Positions 58,994 through 64,000 of a stretch of DNA of 64,000 bases are shown here, piece by piece. Source of the DNA: an uncultured Dehalococcoidia bacterium. GTDB lineage: Bacteria; Chloroflexota; Dehalococcoidia; Lucifugimonadales; UBA2985. Made by a program: the position numbers and the translations under genes. How positions within the stretch are numbered: position 1 is the first letter of the stretch; each line of letters opens with the position of its first letter. The stretch lies in contig CAZNIG010000007.1 in assembly GCA_964573055.1 (NCBI GenBank), positions 11,545-75,544 of the forward strand, given 5' to 3'. The notes under the pieces are model-generated. The model saw nothing but the letters and a program-made list of their open reading frames with translations. It was not told the DNA's origin and made no database searches.

Positions 58994-61321
58994 ATGTTGC
59001 AAAATTATCCTAGATTAGCTGCCCTAATTGCCCTCGTAATACTGCTAGTGGTAATGCCAGGGTCTGTGTCCGCAGGAAATGAGCGTCAAGCCGGATTGTC
59101 ATACCCACAGCCGCTAGGAGGTAGCATAGACGTTCCCTTTATGAAGTATTTATCAGGTTCATCATGGGTTGTAATGAAAGGATTTGATCCTCGCATTAAC
59201 GATAGTAAGGGACATCCTTTAGCAGACATTCATCCCAGTGAACAGGTCACAGTAAGAGGTATATCCCAACAACCCAGTTCAGCCGGTCAGGGGCCTCTTG
59301 TACCTTACAGAAGCCCATCACCTAAATTCAGTAGAAACATATTGGTGACACGAGATTTCAGCGGATACCCCTACCAAACTGAACCAAGCTTGGCAGTAAA
59401 CCCAAAAGATCCAGAGCAGATCATACTGGGGGTAATAGACTACAGCTTTCCAGGCATAACAACATATAACACAATAGACGGAGGAGCAACCTGGGAAGGA
59501 CCCTATCAAGTTAAGTATCCTCAGCAGGACTTGGGTGGCTCAGGGGATCCAGTTTTGGCTTTTGACAGACAAGGGACGGCTTACGCGGCATCAATATCTT
59601 TCGATGAAGAAGATTTCACCATAGGCAACGCAGTAGGAGCTGCTAGCGTTTCAGCTATACCTGTTTCTAAATCCCAAGATGGAGGAACATCGTGGAGCGA
59701 GCCGATAGCGTCAGCACGTAGCCATGTTACAGCAGAAGCCCTACCACAAAATGCTGATGGGGTAGTAACCTATGAACTAGGGCTACCTTTTCTAGATAAG
59801 CCTTGGCTTACTATTGGACCTACCATAAACAAGACTGAAGAAGATACAATCTATGTGACCTATACAAAATTCCTCACCCGCATACCAGTATTTTTTCTAT
59901 TCGGTGTAGAACCATTCCAGCAGGTTCCCGTTACAGAAACCAGTATTGAATTAGTAAGATCTGAAGATGGAGGAAAAACCTGGAGCGAGCCTGTTACAGT
60001 CAGTCCAATTGTTTTCAGCTCCCAAGGGGACGACGCCCCCTCAAGAGTAGTCCAAGGGTCTCAGCCTGCTGTGGCTGATGACGGCACACTTTATATTGCA
60101 TGGCTAGACAGCACGGATGACGATTCTTTTGAGGGAAGGGCTGAGATATATGTTGCAAAATCTGTGGATGGAGGACGAACATTCACAACTGAAAGAGCAG
60201 CTGATTTTAATGAACTCAGCTTCAGCCCCAGGAACACCCTTTTCAGGTACTGGGGATCAAGCTTCCCGCAGTTGGACACAGGTCCGAACGGCGAAGTTTA
60301 CGTGGCTTATACTACAAGGTCACCTGACAAGGCAACAGACGATGGTGACATATGGCTTTCTGCGTCAACAGATAACGGCACTACATGGTCTCGAAAACGC
60401 TTAAACGACGACACCACCACCAGACTGCAGTTTTTCCCTGCTATGTCTGTGGATCCCAACGGTGATATACACGTTATGTGGGGGGACATGAGGGATGACC
60501 CTGTCGAGGCAAGATACCATATATACTACACGAGTTCCGAAGACAAAGGCACCACATGGATAGAGAATGCAAGAGTCACTGACTTCCCCTCAAACCCAAA
60601 CTACGCTTTCCCGGGAGGGACTTTCATCGGTGACTATTTCACCATAGAAGCTACCGCAGATGACGTATACATGGCCTGGCCAGATGCTAGGCTCGGAGAG
60701 TATGGACCACTTAACCAAAAGATCGCCTTCGCACGCAAAGAACTGATGCCACTACCGTCGATTTTCCTTTCTCCCCCATCTGGACCTGGAGGGAAAGACA
60801 TTACTGTTCAGGGCTCTAATTTCCAGCCAGACCAAGACGTCTTCTTAGAGATAAGCGGCGCCGTGATTAGTACGGTTAGAAGTGACTCAGAAGGAAGATT
60901 CACCGCTAGGGTATTTATACCAATATCTGGAGAAGGGGCTCATGATTTTAGAGCCATAGACGCGTCAGGAAATATTGCGGCAGGATCTTTCTTCATGGAC
61001 TTCGGATTTGACAATATCCAAGACTCAGTCAACAACATAATCGGCGAGTTAGGCACGCTGACTCAGAGCATAAATGACTCCCCTAATTCGGCCTCAATGT
61101 CAGAGTTAAACACTCAATTTCAGGTGATACAAGAAAGACTTGCAGCTCTAGATATCTCCCAAAACAATTCGTCTACCCAATCACCCCTTACCAAATCGGA
61201 TCCACAGGGATCAAACTGGATGTTAAACACTGCGTTTGTAACCCTCATAGCTTTGATCGGATCCGCCGCTGGATTAATAGCAGGAATGCGAATCCGCAGG
61301 AAACAAGATAACCCACAATAA
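58994..61321 (+). CDS. Secreted BNR/Asp-box repeat (sialidase-fold-like) protein with Ig-like domain and C-terminal TM anchor
   Basis: Signal peptide (…VMPGSVSA). Six Asp-box-like motifs (IDGGATW, SQDGGTSW, SEDGGKTW, SVDGGRTF, STDNGTTW, SEDKGTTW). C-terminal hydrophobic helix followed by RIRRKQ. Confidence 0.75.
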   Translation: MLQNYPRLAALIALVILLVVMPGSVSAGNERQAGLSYPQPLGGSIDVPFMKYLSGSSWVVMKGFDPRINDSKGHPLADIHPSEQVTVRGISQQPSSAGQGPLVPYRSPSPKFSRNILVTRDFSGYPYQTEPSLAVNPKDPEQIILGVIDYSFPGITTYNTIDGGATWEGPYQVKYPQQDLGGSGDPVLAFDRQGTAYAASISFDEEDFTIGNAVGAASVSAIPVSKSQDGGTSWSEPIASARSHVTAEALPQNADGVVTYELGLPFLDKPWLTIGPTINKTEEDTIYVTYTKFLTRIPVFFLFGVEPFQQVPVTETSIELVRSEDGGKTWSEPVTVSPIVFSSQGDDAPSRVVQGSQPAVADDGTLYIAWLDSTDDDSFEGRAEIYVAKSVDGGRTFTTERAADFNELSFSPRNTLFRYWGSSFPQLDTGPNGEVYVAYTTRSPDKATDDGDIWLSASTDNGTTWSRKRLNDDTTTRLQFFPAMSVDPNGDIHVMWGDMRDDPVEARYHIYYTSSEDKGTTWIENARVTDFPSNPNYAFPGGTFIGDYFTIEATADDVYMAWPDARLGEYGPLNQKIAFARKELMPLPSIFLSPPSGPGGKDITVQGSNFQPDQDVFLEISGAVISTVRSDSEGRFTARVFIPISGEGAHDFRAIDASGNIAAGSFFMDFGFDNIQDSVNNIIGELGTLTQSINDSPNSASMSELNTQFQVIQERLAALDISQNNSSTQSPLTKSDPQGSNWMLNTAFVTLIALIGSAAGLIAGMRIRRKQDNPQ

Positions 61322-61375
61322 CATCTTGCAAGCGTAACAATCTATTACAGGAATACAGATATAGCACACAAGAAA

Positions 61376-63997
61376 ATGATAATACCATCCCCAAACATAT
61401 GCTTACGATTGTTGTTGGCTCCAGCGATGTTCATGCTTTTGGCAGCATCCTCCCATTCAGAATACAATCCTCCCCACAACCAACCAGGGCCAGCTACGGA
61501 CGTCATAAACTTCAACGCCTTCGATGTCGATATCGCCTCGAAGGAAATCGAGGCAGGAGCCATAGATTTATACAACTTTAGTCTTAAGACACCTGCCGCT
61601 GAAAAGCTTGCAACCAACAACGACATCACAATATACAAGGCACCGGCATCTACAGTATCGATTGTTCTTAACCCTGCACCTGCATTAGAAGGGGACCTAA
61701 ACCCTCTCGCTATAAAGGGCGTTAGGCAAGCCTTGCAAATCGTGGTCAACAGATCATTCATAGCACAGGAACTATACAAGGGATTCGCTGTGCCGATGAT
61801 GACGCATGTGAGTCATGCTGATTTTGATTATCTCACTCTATTCAGACTCCTTAAAGAATCCCATATCCGTCACGATCCAGAGCTGGCAAAAGATATGGTA
61901 TCCAAAGAAATGATTTCCGCAGGGGCTACACTAGAAAATGGCTTTTGGCATTTCAATGACAAGCGGATCGACCTGAAATTCATTGTCCGTACAGAAGATG
62001 AGAGATGGGACATCGGAAACACGATCAGATCATCGCTCCAAGACTTAGGATTCTCTGTAGTGATGGTACCTCAACAATTCGGGCCAGCAATCTATACTGT
62101 ATACGGCACTGATCCCAGGCTATTCCAGTGGCATCTTTACACCGAAGGTTGGGGTAGAGGATCGCCTGAACGATATGATTTCGCTACAATCAACCAGATG
62201 TGCGCACCATGGCTGGGCAACATGCCTGGGTGGCAAGAGGTGGGCTTCTGGCAATACGAATCCTCTGAACTGGATGAAATGGGACAACGCCTTTTTACCG
62301 GAGATTTCTCTGGCCTGGATGAAAGAAACCAGATCTACTTAGACGCAACAAAATTATGCCTAGATGAGTCGGTCAGAATATGGGTTGTTACCGCGGTTAA
62401 CAACATCCCCGCTATTTCAAATATGTCCGGCATTACTGAAGACCTAGTATCCGGACCAAAAAGCATTTGGACTCTACGGGAAGCTCATATACCTGGATCA
62501 ACAGAACAAATTGATGTCGGCAGCCTATGGGTGTGGACTAACAGAACCACCTGGAACCCTATTGGAGGTTTTGGTGATGTATACAGCAATGATATCTGGA
62601 ACAACCTCCACGATACACCTATAACAACACACCCTTTCACCGGCCTGCCGATGCCATTTAGGTCTAGCTATGAAGTAGAGACTGCAGGACCTACAGATAA
62701 GCTCGAGATACCCAATGATGCCTTCACATGGGACGCTGAGAACACCACATGGAAGACAGTGGACACCGGCACCAGATCAACAAGTAAGGTGACTTACGAC
62801 TATTCAAAATATTTCCAAACCAATTGGCATCACGACCAACCCATTTCCATGGCCGACGTGATATACCCCATCGCACAACTATTTGACATGGTTTACAACA
62901 CCGACAAATCACAAGTGGAGTTTTCCATTGCTACCACCAGCCAACCATTCACTGACACATTCAAAGCATTCCGCATCACATCCGACAACAAACTTGAGGT
63001 CTACGTAGATTTCTGGCATTTCGTAGATGACTATATAGCACAGTACTCTAATATCTCTCCAGTTAGCATGCCATGGGAGATCCTAGCCGCCATGGATGAC
63101 CTTGTATTCAAGCAAAGGAAGACCGCGTACAGCGATACCACTGCTGCGCGATTTAACGTGCCATGGTTAAGCCTTGTTATGGATAAAGATGCCAGATTGG
63201 TAAGGAACACACTTAGGAGCTTCGAAGAGGATGTATTCGTACCCACCAATATATTCAACGCAGGTGGACGAACCTTGGAGGATGCCAGCGGCGCAAGTAG
63301 CCGTTACTCTGCGGCCATTGACTGGTTTGCAGATAAGAAGCATATGGTGGTTAGCAACGGTCCATTCTACCTACAGACGTTCGATAGTAGCGCACAATTT
63401 GCCCAAATCAAAGCCTACAGAGAACCATCATATCCTTTCCACCCTGGTGATCTGTTTTACGGAGAACCGCAGCCAATAGATTTTGTGGATGTCATAGTAC
63501 CAACAATACAAGAAGGCTCCGATGTGAATGTATCCATCGAGGTCACTGGGCCTGGCAATCTATCCATCGAATATATACTACAAAATCCTTCGGACGGGCG
63601 AATAATTGCGTCTGGGCCTGCAGAGAAAGTATCTGAGGAATTATTCGAGGTATTGATAACATCTAATAAACTAGGCGATGTCACCAGTGACCTATATCAC
63701 CTGCACCTAGCCGCTTATAGTGATTCACTAGCAACCATGATAGAGCGCAAAGTAGATTTGGATATAACCGCTACAGCTCTTGTAACTCCGATAGATCAAA
63801 AACCCACACCAGCTAAACAAGCAAGCAACTTATCCGAACCTACCAAGACAGACACATTTACATTAGAAGAAACCAGTGTCACCACATCTACCTCCGGAAT
63901 TTTTGATATAGTGATAGTTCTTGTAATTCTAGCTGCCGGAGTAGTTGGGATAATCTTGATTGTAATAGTTATTCAGTCTCGTCGGCCAAAAACTTAG
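61376..63997 (+). CDS. Large extracellular solute-binding-protein-like (family 5-like) protein with C-terminal TM anchor
   Basis: Signal peptide, an SBP_bac_5-like core of about 550 aa (weak call, by eye), Thr/Ser/Pro-rich linker, C-terminal helix IVIVLVILAAGVVGIILIVIVI followed by QSRRPKT. Confidence 0.6.
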   Translation: MIIPSPNICLRLLLAPAMFMLLAASSHSEYNPPHNQPGPATDVINFNAFDVDIASKEIEAGAIDLYNFSLKTPAAEKLATNNDITIYKAPASTVSIVLNPAPALEGDLNPLAIKGVRQALQIVVNRSFIAQELYKGFAVPMMTHVSHADFDYLTLFRLLKESHIRHDPELAKDMVSKEMISAGATLENGFWHFNDKRIDLKFIVRTEDERWDIGNTIRSSLQDLGFSVVMVPQQFGPAIYTVYGTDPRLFQWHLYTEGWGRGSPERYDFATINQMCAPWLGNMPGWQEVGFWQYESSELDEMGQRLFTGDFSGLDERNQIYLDATKLCLDESVRIWVVTAVNNIPAISNMSGITEDLVSGPKSIWTLREAHIPGSTEQIDVGSLWVWTNRTTWNPIGGFGDVYSNDIWNNLHDTPITTHPFTGLPMPFRSSYEVETAGPTDKLEIPNDAFTWDAENTTWKTVDTGTRSTSKVTYDYSKYFQTNWHHDQPISMADVIYPIAQLFDMVYNTDKSQVEFSIATTSQPFTDTFKAFRITSDNKLEVYVDFWHFVDDYIAQYSNISPVSMPWEILAAMDDLVFKQRKTAYSDTTAARFNVPWLSLVMDKDARLVRNTLRSFEEDVFVPTNIFNAGGRTLEDASGASSRYSAAIDWFADKKHMVVSNGPFYLQTFDSSAQFAQIKAYREPSYPFHPGDLFYGEPQPIDFVDVIVPTIQEGSDVNVSIEVTGPGNLSIEYILQNPSDGRIIASGPAEKVSEELFEVLITSNKLGDVTSDLYHLHLAAYSDSLATMIERKVDLDITATALVTPIDQKPTPAKQASNLSEPTKTDTFTLEETSVTTSTSGIFDIVIVLVILAAGVVGIILIVIVIQSRRPKT

Positions 63998-64000
63998 GTA

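Noticed and set aside
1-64000. TGA reassigned as a sense codon (genetic code 4 or 25) as the explanation for the two in-frame TGAs
   Set aside because: TGA closes many ORFs at the expected protein ends. Examples are the MFS fragment (652-654), the LLM oxidoreductase (3462-3464), the methyltransferase (5891-5893), HIT (10593-10595), pyrF (14965-14967) and cmk (15926-15928). It is a genuine stop codon in this genome.
1-64000. Mobile elements, prophage, defence islands, CRISPR arrays, toxin-antitoxin pairs
   Set aside because: No transposase, integrase, recombinase, Cas, restriction-modification or phage structural signature appears in any listed ORF. No spaced direct-repeat array is present. 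The tRNA genes are not flanked by integrase genes or obvious att-like duplications.

Overview
This 64-kb window is ordinary chromosomal sequence with about 56 protein-coding genes and 6 tRNA genes, all with an encoded CCA. I found no rRNA, CRISPR array, transposase, integrase or prophage signal. TGA, TAA and TAG all act as stop codons, and TTG/GTG starts are common.

Gene content:
- A long co-directional housekeeping block at 14.1-23.4 kb: pyrF, DUF951, cmk, plsC, glmS, dgt-like, dnaG, rpoD.
- A five-gene tRNA cluster: Arg-Trp-Leu-Cys-Leu.
- metH and pepN.
- A glycine-betaine-type ABC importer (proV, fused proW-proW, proX) flanked by a CaiB-like CoA-transferase.
- An MMPL transporter.
- A Fur-family regulator with a NiCoT/NicO metal transporter.
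- A three-subunit molybdenum hydroxylase followed by a MoaD/ThiS-like protein.
- Several MFS transporters, alpha/beta hydrolases and SAM methyltransferases, plus an LLM-class oxidoreductase.
- A terminal cluster of tail-anchored secreted proteins.

This repertoire would fit a marine monoderm such as a SAR202-like Chloroflexota. That is inference only.

Main points worth a second look:
1. An in-frame TGA sits exactly at the first Cys position of the CxxC motif of a thioredoxin-like/NHL-repeat protein and is followed by a SECIS-like hairpin. This is a probable selenoprotein that ORF callers would truncate.
2. A second single in-frame TGA splits a bifunctional class II aldolase/SDR gene. It does not look like a Sec site.
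3. The tRNA-Trp has a G31-A39 anticodon-stem mismatch.
4. Nur-box-like TTGCAA hexamers lie in front of the fur-family/nickel transporter operon.
5. The betaine ABC permease is a tandem fusion of two permease domains.
6. A beta-grasp protein ending in GG is tightly coupled to the Mo-hydroxylase genes.
7. A 474-bp non-coding stretch rich in hairpins lies upstream of the tRNA cluster.

All functional calls rest on motifs read by eye from the translations. No database search was run.
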